A stretch of DNA of 64,000 nt from a virus: IMG/VR virus record IMGVR_UViG_3300045988_117041, one strand, 5' to 3'. A model generated the notes under the pieces. It was not told where the DNA came from. It did no database searches and saw only the letters and a program-made list of their open reading frames with translations. Positions 46,069 through 53,853 of this stretch are shown here, piece after piece; the first letter of the stretch is position 1, and each line of letters opens with the position of its first letter. The translations under genes were made by a program, and so were the position numbers.

Positions 46069-47191
46069 TTTAAAGACAAAAGGTAGTGTTGGTGTTTCCA
46101 GAAACCAGACCACCACAAAGACAACACCAAAGACACAGAGTAAGTCTATAACCCCGGCCCAAAAGAAGTTATTAGACGAACTGTCAAAGAAGTTTGGGGA
46201 AAACACAGTGACGTTGGGTGTTCCAGAAAAGCGTCTTGTGATACAGAGAATAAGAACAGGGTCATTGTCACTCGATATTGATTTAGGTGGTGGTATACCT
46301 TGTGGTCGATATACAGAGATTGCAGGGCCGTTGTCTTCTACTAAAACTACAACGTCCTTGCATATTTTGCGCAACGCGCAGAGAATGGGTAAAGTGTGTG
46401 TTTTAGTAGACGCAGAGGGAACTACAGACCCAGAGTATTTAGAGCGTTTAGGTATTGACCCTAATATGCTTTACTATTCCCGTCCAGACAGTTTAGAGGA
46501 AGCGGCACAGTTGTTGTTAGACCTACAAAAAAGTGGTCTTGTACAAGTTGGTCTTTTAGACAGTATCGCCGCTTTAGGTGCCAACAAAGAGAATGAGAGT
46601 GAAATGCAAGACACCACCCAATTAGGTGTTACACAGAAGTTGTGGGGAGAGTTTTTCCGTAAATACCAGATGAACAACAATCGTTTAGAACGAATGGGTA
46701 ATGAAGCGTTCACCTTAATCGGTCTTAACCAGTTGCGTGAGAAGATAGGTGTTATGCACGGAGACCCGGAATACAGTCCAGGAGGACGTGCAAAAGGTTT
46801 TACTGCAAGTGTTGAACTTAGATTCCGCACAGGTGATTGGATTTATGAAGGTAAGGGACAAGACAAGAAACCAGTAGGTCAAGTAGTCAAGTATAAGATA
46901 ACCAAGAACAAGACCTACGCGAGAATGAGAAGCGGGGAGTTTGACTTTTACTTTGAAGAAAATGAAGCGGGTGTTCCTAAAAGTTATGTCGATAACCAGA
47001 AAGAAATAGTTGTGTTAGGATACAAGTATAACGTCATTGAAAGAAGTGGCGGGTGGTTCAAATATAACGGTGAGAAGTACCAGGGACTTGATTCTATTAT
47101 TTCCGCGCTGAAAGAGCAACCACACCTGTTAGAAGAAATCAGGGAGAAGATTTACAAAGTTGCTATTGTAGGTAACCATTATGAAGCATGA
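46052..47191 (+). CDS. recA: RecA-family recombinase
   Basis: TGSLSLDIDLGGGIPCGRYTEIAGPLSSTKTT..VLVDAEGT..LLDSIAAL aligns by eye with the RecA core. GTG start follows AGGAGG. Confidence 0.75.
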   Translation: MPKKISLKTKGSVGVSRNQTTTKTTPKTQSKSITPAQKKLLDELSKKFGENTVTLGVPEKRLVIQRIRTGSLSLDIDLGGGIPCGRYTEIAGPLSSTKTTTSLHILRNAQRMGKVCVLVDAEGTTDPEYLERLGIDPNMLYYSRPDSLEEAAQLLLDLQKSGLVQVGLLDSIAALGANKENESEMQDTTQLGVTQKLWGEFFRKYQMNNNRLERMGNEAFTLIGLNQLREKIGVMHGDPEYSPGGRAKGFTASVELRFRTGDWIYEGKGQDKKPVGQVVKYKITKNKTYARMRSGEFDFYFEENEAGVPKSYVDNQKEIVVLGYKYNVIERSGGWFKYNGEKYQGLDSIISALKEQPHLLEEIREKIYKVAIVGNHYEA

Positions 47192-47426
47192 GTTTAATAT
47201 AGGTTATGACGCAATAATAGACCGTCTGGAAAAGAGTAGTCAGTATTTAATGTCGTGTTATAATTGTAGATACTTTCAGAAGTGTAAAGGTGATACTGAG
47301 GAAGTATGTCAGAATGAAGACGTGCTAGAGTATGACATGATGATAAACGGTAACAACATTTGTTGTCTTAGGTGGAAACCACCAGAAAGAGCAAACAAGA
47401 AACGTTACAAGCTGTTAGGAAGGTAG
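47181..47426 (+). CDS. Small Cys-rich protein
   Basis: 81 aa, CYNCRYFQKCKGDTEEVC...CC. Confidence 0.45.
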   Translation: MKHEFNIGYDAIIDRLEKSSQYLMSCYNCRYFQKCKGDTEEVCQNEDVLEYDMMINGNNICCLRWKPPERANKKRYKLLGR

Positions 47427-47428
47427 TT

Positions 47429-47620
47429 ATGAAATACGTAAAGGTAGAAAAGACCTGTGCTGTATGCAAGTGTGTTAGATGTGAGCACAACAGTCTTATA
47501 AACAGGGACTGTTTTAATTGCATTAAGTGTTACGGGTTTGCCAATTATGTTGATAAACATGGTGAGGGGTGTACCTATGATAAGAACAAAGAAAGAACGT
47601 TCAAAGAGACAGGAGAGTAG
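47429..47620 (+). CDS. Small Cys-rich protein
   Basis: 63 aa, CAVCKCVRCEH...CFNCIKC. ATG 47429 follows GGAAGG. Confidence 0.45.
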   Translation: MKYVKVEKTCAVCKCVRCEHNSLINRDCFNCIKCYGFANYVDKHGEGCTYDKNKERTFKETGE

Positions 47621-48098
47621 AGTTGCAAGAGAAGTAAACGGGCGTGTTACACTTGCCAGCGGCGCATTATGGATGGCAAAAGGTGATGTGCGCAGTAGTG
47701 ATTACTTAGTAGAGTGTAAGACCACAGAAAAGAAAGTATACCCGTTAAGTATTAAGACGTGGTTAAAGATAACAGATGAAGCTACAAGTGACGGGTTCCG
47801 TATTCCTGTTATGTGTATTGACCTTGAAGACGGGGTGCACAAGAAAGCAGTGTTTAAGTGTTCAGACTTCTTTGAGGACAAACCACGTAGGGTAGTAAGA
47901 AGTTCTGGTCTATTCTACGAGGAAGATGATACCATAGAATCAGAACGTTATTTGACCGCAAAACAAGTACCTGTCACTGAAAAGGATAAGGTGTTTTATG
48001 TGTCCGGGAAAATAGAACACGTTACCATGTCTTTTGAATTATGTGTTGTAGACTGGGACGTGTTTGTAAGACGAGTTATAGAGAAGGAGGTATCATAA
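47577..48098 (+). CDS. PD-(D/E)xK nuclease, Holliday-junction-resolvase-like
   Basis: ESRVAREVNG..LASGALWMAKGDV..YLVECKTT fits the E..SG..GD..ECK pattern. Confidence 0.5.
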   Translation: MIRTKKERSKRQESRVAREVNGRVTLASGALWMAKGDVRSSDYLVECKTTEKKVYPLSIKTWLKITDEATSDGFRIPVMCIDLEDGVHKKAVFKCSDFFEDKPRRVVRSSGLFYEEDDTIESERYLTAKQVPVTEKDKVFYVSGKIEHVTMSFELCVVDWDVFVRRVIEKEVS

Positions 48099-48478
48099 TG
48101 AATGTTAAGCACTTGAACATTGCGGTCGTGTGTAATGGGCGCAGAGAGTTAAACGCCGCTATGTTTGATATAATAGAGGCTGAAAATTCAAAAGGTGCTA
48201 TCGTCCAGAAATATATTAAAGGACAGGAATTGCGTGTTATGTACCCAGAACTTATAGTCACCTTTAAAGCAATACTCGTAGGTGATTACAGAAACGTACA
48301 CGGTATGCGTTATGATGGTGTGCTGTACGAGACAGGCAGTTTCTACGCCAGAGAGTTTGCATTAGAGGCGGTGGAGTGTTGCACACTGAAAAGCAAGATA
48401 GCAGAGGCGTTTCATTTAATGGAAATATCACAGTATTTGAGAAGTAAACACATTTACAGGTGTGTAAAAGGAGACTAG
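48098..48478 (+). CDS. Hypothetical protein
   Basis: 126 aa. ATG 48098 overlaps the upstream TAA stop (TAATG) and follows GAAGGAGG. Confidence 0.55.
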   Translation: MNVKHLNIAVVCNGRRELNAAMFDIIEAENSKGAIVQKYIKGQELRVMYPELIVTFKAILVGDYRNVHGMRYDGVLYETGSFYAREFALEAVECCTLKSKIAEAFHLMEISQYLRSKHIYRCVKGD

Positions 48479-48481
48479 CAG

Positions 48482-49378
48482 ATGGCTTTAAAAGACTACT
48501 ATTTGGCAATGAATAAGACAGACAGTTTTGTCATTAAACCACTGGACATTTACCTTATGTCCTTGAATAAAGAAGACAATGACAGGGCTATTGATGTTAA
48601 TGCACCTTCACAGATTGGGACGTGTATGCGCGCTAGATACTATGCGCGTACCAAGACCGAGAAAGACGGGTGTGCAGTGAGCGCAAGAGCAAGACGAATA
48701 TTTGATAACGGGAGCGGTATGCATGAAAGAATACAGCACTACCTCACAGAACAAGGTATGCTGGTGTTAGACGAGATACCCGTTGTTAATGACAAGTACA
48801 ACATACAGGGACACACAGACGGTCTTCTTGACTGTGTAGACGCGCACCGTGTGTTAGAGTTAAAGTCCATGAATGACCGGGAATTTAATAATCTTAAGAA
48901 ACCAAAAGACGAACACGTTATGCAGGGTCTTGTGTACGTGTTCTGTATTGAAACCCGGAGGAAATATTTACACCAGAGATACAAGACCTATGAGCAGTTT
49001 TTAATCTGTAAAGCGGCACGTATGAGAAGTTACGCTAAATACTATCAGCATTTGAAAGGAGGTAGAAAACACACCCGTGAGGAAAAGATTATGTTCCAGT
49101 GTGAGTTACACAATAAGATGGACAGAATCTTAATGAAAGTGAGCAAGCCTATCACAGACGTGGTGTTTCTTTATGAGAACAAGAACAACCAGGACTTGAA
49201 GGAGTTTCTTGTAAGCACCAAAGAGGCCCAATCAAAGGTCATTCTCAAAAACATACTTGATGATTGTGTTTATCTCAATGAGTGTGTGCGGCGTAAGAAA
49301 GTACCACAGAGAGAATTTGAAAGCAGGTCAAGTCAAGGGTGTAAGTATTGTAACTACAAGACAGAGTGTTGGCTATAA
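48482..49378 (+). CDS. RecB/Cas4-like PD-(D/E)xK exonuclease with a putative Fe-S cysteine set
   Basis: GHTDGLLD...VLELKS (D...ExK), plus an N-terminal Cys (GTCMRARYY) and C-terminal CKYCNYKTEC. Confidence 0.6.
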   Translation: MALKDYYLAMNKTDSFVIKPLDIYLMSLNKEDNDRAIDVNAPSQIGTCMRARYYARTKTEKDGCAVSARARRIFDNGSGMHERIQHYLTEQGMLVLDEIPVVNDKYNIQGHTDGLLDCVDAHRVLELKSMNDREFNNLKKPKDEHVMQGLVYVFCIETRRKYLHQRYKTYEQFLICKAARMRSYAKYYQHLKGGRKHTREEKIMFQCELHNKMDRILMKVSKPITDVVFLYENKNNQDLKEFLVSTKEAQSKVILKNILDDCVYLNECVRRKKVPQREFESRSSQGCKYCNYKTECWL

Positions 49379-49395
49379 GAAAGGAGAATTAAGTT

Positions 49396-49671
49396 ATGAC
49401 AAGAGAATTAGAGGCGGCAATAGAAGACCTCAAAGAAGGTATTAATTTAATGTCAGAAGCCATTATCACTATAGTTACAGAGGTAGCAAAAGTGATTGAC
49501 GAGGAAGACATAGATATTGACAGTGAAGAAGACCTTGAAGGATTTGTAGAAAGATTTTTAGAGACACCAGAAGAAGACCTTCCAGAGTTAGAGGAAATCA
49601 CGGACGAAAACCCTGTAAACTCACGCGAAACACTGATAATTGAAGACGAGGATATAAGAGCATGGGACTAA
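49396..49671 (+). CDS. Hypothetical acidic protein
   Basis: 91 aa, E/D-rich, with an SD. Confidence 0.5.
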   Translation: MTRELEAAIEDLKEGINLMSEAIITIVTEVAKVIDEEDIDIDSEEDLEGFVERFLETPEEDLPELEEITDENPVNSRETLIIEDEDIRAWD

Positions 49672-50219
49672 AGCCGAAACAGAAACAGCCACCTAACACC
49701 CCTACCAAAAAAGTTAATCCCCGCCAGCTACACAAAAACTACATGGCAAACATGGAAGAACAGCTTAACAAAGAAGACATAGTGTTGTTTGACGAGGAAC
49801 TACTAAACGTAGACCAGGACTTTTTAAGTCTTCCATCACGTATCACAGAAGTACACCCAAAAGAACTAGGTGAATACTTAAGTGCATTTACACAGTACAA
49901 AATGTACGTGAGGACTATACTGTCCCGCACTGAATTGTGTATCGAGGAAAAGAAAAGGGTGTATACAGACGTGAGTAATCCTTACTACCGGGAATACACA
50001 CAGTCCAGGTTATCAGAACGCGCAAAAGACCAGCTTGTGCAGAGTGAGCCGGAGGTGCAGGAAAGCTACTATGAATTGGTGGACTACATCAATAAGTCTA
50101 ACACCCTAAAGAGTGTGTTAGAGAACATAGAGGACGCTATCTTTTTAATAAGTCGTGAAATATCCCGCAGAACAGGTGATATGAAAGACGAGAATAGACA
50201 GCACAATGTAGGTAGATAG
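49662..50219 (+). CDS. Hypothetical protein (weak resemblance to a UvsY-type mediator)
   Basis: 185 aa, helical. Its context (RecA, SSB, nucleases) suggests a recombination role. Confidence 0.25.
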   Translation: MGLKPKQKQPPNTPTKKVNPRQLHKNYMANMEEQLNKEDIVLFDEELLNVDQDFLSLPSRITEVHPKELGEYLSAFTQYKMYVRTILSRTELCIEEKKRVYTDVSNPYYREYTQSRLSERAKDQLVQSEPEVQESYYELVDYINKSNTLKSVLENIEDAIFLISREISRRTGDMKDENRQHNVGR

Positions 50220-50230
50220 TCAGTGTTTTA

Positions 50231-50257
50231 GTGCGTCTGAAATATGACGCACTTTTC
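50231..50257 (+). terminator. Rho-independent terminator
   Basis: GTGCGTC pairs with GACGCAC, followed by TTTT. Confidence 0.6.
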
Positions 50258-50259
50258 AT

Positions 50260-50288
50260 TTGCTTAAATACATATAATGCGGTATAAT
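50260..50288 (+). promoter_or_regulatory. Sigma-A-type promoter
   Basis: TTGCTT, 17-nt spacer, TATAAT. A second TATAAT lies at 50273-50278. Confidence 0.45.
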
Positions 50289-50324
50289 GATAACCACAAT
50301 AAAGTGCAGAAAGGAGTTAAGAAA

Positions 50325-50801
50325 TTGCCAAAGTTAAAGATTAACAGTAAGGGTGCAGAGAACAAAGAAAAAGTGCACAGAGAAGCCCAGAGAAGGGGAA
50401 AGAGAAACAAAGTCAAAGGTGGTGAGTATGAACGCAAAGTTGCTGAAATACTCAAAGGTATGTTAGGTGTTGAGTTTGTGAGAACACCGCAGAGCGGAGG
50501 GTTTGCAAAGAAATCGGACGCAAACACCAAAGACTTTAGAGGTGACATTATACCGCTTGACGCAGACGTTGAGACGGTCTTGCATATAGAGTGCAAGAAC
50601 TATAAGAACTGGGCCATGCCAAAGTGGGTAGCACAGGCTGAGAGTGATTGTCCCAAAGGTAAGATTCCTTGTGTTATCTTCCACAAGTACGGAACCTCAC
50701 GGGACTATATCGTGTTAGACCTCAAACACTTCTTAAAACTTATCCATATCCCGGAGGTTATCATAAAGACCGTGACAAAGAAAAGGGGTGCTAGTAAATG
50801 A
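50325..50801 (+). CDS. PD-(D/E)xK nuclease, paralogue of 47577-48098
   Basis: GGEYERKVAEIL..TPQSGGF..RGDII..HIECKN shows the same pattern. TTG 50325 follows AAAGGAG; the track start overlaps the promoter. Confidence 0.5.
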   Translation: MPKLKINSKGAENKEKVHREAQRRGKRNKVKGGEYERKVAEILKGMLGVEFVRTPQSGGFAKKSDANTKDFRGDIIPLDADVETVLHIECKNYKNWAMPKWVAQAESDCPKGKIPCVIFHKYGTSRDYIVLDLKHFLKLIHIPEVIIKTVTKKRGASK

Positions 50802-51172
50802 TGGTGTTGTTAAATGTAAGCTGGGCTATTGTAGCGTGTGTGATTGCGCGATACCTTTACAAACACCCAATTTTAAGAATACATGGTCGTTCAATGTACC
50901 CCACATACAAAGATGGTGATGTTGTGCTGGGCTTAAGATACAACTACAAACACTGTGACATAAGACAAGGTTCTGTAGTTGTAGTGAATAGTCCGAATGG
51001 TGTTAAAGCCATAAAGAGAGCCACAGCGTTTAAGTACAAAGAAGGTATTATGTATGTGTGGGTTGAGGGTGATAACCCCAGTGAAAGTTATGACAGCAGA
51101 AACTACGGGTGGTTGACTACAAAAGACATTGTAGCGATTGACCCTAAACCAAGAGTAAAGGAGAAAGTATAA
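50798..51172 (+). CDS. Signal peptidase I (S26 family), minimal form
   Basis: N-terminal TM segment, GRSMYPTYKDGDVV (Ser box), VKAIKRATA (Lys box) and GDNPSESYDSRNYGW (box E). Confidence 0.65.
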   Translation: MMVLLNVSWAIVACVIARYLYKHPILRIHGRSMYPTYKDGDVVLGLRYNYKHCDIRQGSVVVVNSPNGVKAIKRATAFKYKEGIMYVWVEGDNPSESYDSRNYGWLTTKDIVAIDPKPRVKEKV

Positions 51173-51174
51173 CC

Positions 51175-51474
51175 ATGGGTAAGACAGAAAACACCAACAC
51201 CGAAGGAGTTACCATTGTTCATGTTTCCTCAGACACCAACGTGCAGAAGTTGGCAGGTAGTCTTTTAACTGCCATTGAAAATAGCACCGCTGTAGAGGTG
51301 AGAGCGATTGGTGCCGGGGCAGTGAACCAGATGTATAAAGCTATCGCAAGTGCGAGAGGTTATGTTGCGCGTAAAGGACGTGACCTGTATATAAGACCCG
51401 GCTTTGATGAAGTCATTGAAGAAGGTTCTGAAAAGACAAAGACCGTCATGGTCGCAAGACTTATTGTGATGTAA
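51175..51474 (+). CDS. spoVS: SpoVS-like protein
   Basis: KLAGSLLTAIENSTAVEVRAIGAGAVNQMYKAIASARGYV parallels B. subtilis SpoVS (...AEIQAIGAGALNQAVKAVAIARGFV). Confidence 0.65.
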   Translation: MGKTENTNTEGVTIVHVSSDTNVQKLAGSLLTAIENSTAVEVRAIGAGAVNQMYKAIASARGYVARKGRDLYIRPGFDEVIEEGSEKTKTVMVARLIVM

Positions 51475-51494
51475 GACCGAAAGGAGAAGTCATA

Positions 51495-51704
51495 ATGAGC
51501 AAGATATTGGGGTATTTCACAGAAGACGAGATTTATTACCACGGAAAGAAACAACCACCTAGAAAGACCAAAATAATAGCCATAGGGTGTAACCCAATGT
51601 TTAGTATTGAAGACTACGCCGAAGATGAAGATATACAGGTGTTAAGTGAAGACGAAAATTGGTACACCATAAAGAAGAAAGACATAATATTAGGGGAGTG
51701 TTAA
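51495..51704 (+). CDS. Hypothetical protein
   Basis: 69 aa with SD AAAGGAG. Confidence 0.5.
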   Translation: MSKILGYFTEDEIYYHGKKQPPRKTKIIAIGCNPMFSIEDYAEDEDIQVLSEDENWYTIKKKDIILGEC

Positions 51705-51705
51705 T

Positions 51706-52092
51706 ATGAAAACGAGTATTACAAAAATGTTCACCTTTGAAGCGGCACACAGATTACCTAACTATGTAGGTGCGTGTGCTAACCTTCATGGTCATTCTTA
51801 TAAACTTGCCGTGACTGTCACCACAGATAAGCCTTTAAATAAAGACCGCAACGCAACGGGTATGATAATGGATTTTAAAGTCCTCAAAGACATTGTGAAC
51901 CGAAAGGTTGTCGGCCCGTTAGACCATTCACTGTTAAATGACTTTTACTACAACCCCACCGCCGAGATTATGGTAGAAGACTTTGCCGCGAATATACAGG
52001 CAGGACTTGATGATTTTGATGAAAGTGTGTACGTTTCAAACATTAAGTTGTGGGAGACCGAAGACAGCTATGCAGAGTGGTCGAGAGACTAG
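51706..52092 (+). CDS. queD: 6-carboxy-5,6,7,8-tetrahydropterin synthase
   Basis: FTFEAAHRLPNY...CANLHGHSYKL matches the QueD/PTPS signature. Confidence 0.8.
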   Translation: MKTSITKMFTFEAAHRLPNYVGACANLHGHSYKLAVTVTTDKPLNKDRNATGMIMDFKVLKDIVNRKVVGPLDHSLLNDFYYNPTAEIMVEDFAANIQAGLDDFDESVYVSNIKLWETEDSYAEWSRD

Positions 52093-52109
52093 AGAAAGAG
52101 GTGTTGTAT

Positions 52110-52751
52110 ATGATGTTCTATCATGAGATATTTTTATCTATACAGGGTGAATCCAGTGACGCAGGACGCCCTTGTATATTTGTAAGAATGTACGGCTGTC
52201 CGATTGGGTGTTCATATTGCGACCAGCCCCAGGAAAAGAGTGACAGAAAGCGTATTGGTGTTGACACCATGTTATCAAAGATATACGCATTGAAGTGTAA
52301 GAACGTGTGCTTCACAGGTGGAGAACCTATGATTTACGCGCAGGAACTTATACCCGTGTTTATCGAACTTACCGACCGGGGTTACACCGTGTCTGTAGAG
52401 ACCAGCGGGTGTGTAGAGTTAGAACCGTACCCAGTGAGAAGGTCATTTAAGTATGTGATGGATATTAAATGCCCCAGTAGTGAGGTGTCAGAGAAGAACA
52501 TTTACAGAAACCTTGCGTACTTACAGCCACATGACGAGGTGAAGTTTGTCGTGGCAGACGAGAAGGACTACCAATTTGCCCGTAACGTATTAAAGCGTTA
52601 TAATACCAGTGCGCAAATTTTATTTAGTCCCATGTTTGACACAGACGGCAAAGCAGTGATAGGACAAGAACTTGTGAACTGGATTTTGAGAGACAAGCTG
52701 TTTAATGCCCGGGTTCAGATTCAGTTACACAAAATTCTGTCAGTGAGGTAA
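52110..52751 (+). CDS. queE: 7-carboxy-7-deazaguanine synthase (radical SAM)
   Basis: EIFLSIQGES..GRPCIFVRMYGCPIGCSYCDQ matches the QueE N-terminal signature. Confidence 0.8.
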   Translation: MMFYHEIFLSIQGESSDAGRPCIFVRMYGCPIGCSYCDQPQEKSDRKRIGVDTMLSKIYALKCKNVCFTGGEPMIYAQELIPVFIELTDRGYTVSVETSGCVELEPYPVRRSFKYVMDIKCPSSEVSEKNIYRNLAYLQPHDEVKFVVADEKDYQFARNVLKRYNTSAQILFSPMFDTDGKAVIGQELVNWILRDKLFNARVQIQLHKILSVR

Positions 52752-52755
52752 ACAC

Positions 52756-53478
52756 ATGATTGGAAAACGTAACCCAGAAAAAGACCAAGACTATTACAAT
52801 GGTCTGATTGAGAGTATATGGTATAATCTAGTAGAGGTTAAATCAGAACTTACAGGTATTAAAGAGGAAGTAAACAAATACCATCCATTTAAAGAAGACC
52901 CAGGACACCTTAGTGCTGAAAGATTACCCGTAAAGAAAAATACTATTAGGGAGCACTTAAAGGAGGGTTATCTTCCTAAAAGACCCGTTAAGGTGTTCAG
53001 TAACCGGGACGAAGCATATGATTGTTTATACTACTGGTTAGAGAAGTTATATCTTACCGATTGGGCCATAAAACTTAAATTCGTGCGGATAAATGAAGAA
53101 CCACTGAATGACGAACAGTCTGGCAATGTACACAGAGTATTTGAGCAGAAAGCGGCGATAATCACCCTCCCATTACCAGACGATAACTTTCTTGACACCT
53201 GTAAAAGCAGTGTTGCGAGGGTGGGCCACGAACAGTCTTTGGTGCATGAGTTATTGCACTTAAAGGAAGACCCTGTACAGTTTGTAGAAGATGGTGATTA
53301 TACCGCCGGGTTCTATAACAGACACAAACACAATGAAGTTGAAATGATGGCAAGAACACTGTTAATGGTGAAGTACAACTTATCGCCGTCTTATTTCAAT
53401 AACGTAGACAGAAAGGAGAACGACAATGGCTTGTGGCACAAAGAAACCGAAGACACCGAAGAAACCCAAAAAGAATAA
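52756..53478 (+). CDS. Hypothetical HExxH (zinc-metallohydrolase-like) protein
   Basis: 240 aa containing the motif LVHELLHLKE. Confidence 0.4.
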   Translation: MIGKRNPEKDQDYYNGLIESIWYNLVEVKSELTGIKEEVNKYHPFKEDPGHLSAERLPVKKNTIREHLKEGYLPKRPVKVFSNRDEAYDCLYYWLEKLYLTDWAIKLKFVRINEEPLNDEQSGNVHRVFEQKAAIITLPLPDDNFLDTCKSSVARVGHEQSLVHELLHLKEDPVQFVEDGDYTAGFYNRHKHNEVEMMARTLLMVKYNLSPSYFNNVDRKENDNGLWHKETEDTEETQKE

Positions 53479-53493
53479 GAAGTAGGACAACCG

Positions 53494-53524
53494 AAGACCT
53501 GTGCTAATAAAGACAGGTCTTTTC
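53494..53524 (+). terminator. Rho-independent terminator
   Basis: AAGACCTGT pairs with ACAGGTCTT, followed by TTC. Confidence 0.55.
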
Positions 53525-53544
53525 GTATGAAAGGAATACATGAC

Positions 53545-53853
53545 ATGGGACAGATATCAAAATTAGCTGAAAATGCGTATGAAACCGCAGTTGCGCACGG
53601 TTGGTATGACACACCAGTTTCGTTTGGTGAGGAAGTTGTGTTGTGTCACAGTGAGTTATCCGAAGCACTACAGGAGTTTAGAGTAGGAGGGTTTGGAACA
53701 CGTAAAGACAAGATAACTGAGGAACTAGCAGACACAGTTATAAGGATTTTTACTCTAAGTTCAAGACACCAGCTTGACATTGAAGCGGCAATATTAAAGA
53801 AGATGGAAAAGAACAAAGACAGACCATACAGACATGGAGGAAAGTTACTATGA
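53545..53853 (+). CDS. MazG-like nucleoside triphosphate pyrophosphohydrolase
   Basis: HSELSEALQEF...EELADTVIRIF fits the MazG EExxE/D pattern. Confidence 0.6.
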   Translation: MGQISKLAENAYETAVAHGWYDTPVSFGEEVVLCHSELSEALQEFRVGGFGTRKDKITEELADTVIRIFTLSSRHQLDIEAAILKKMEKNKDRPYRHGGKLL

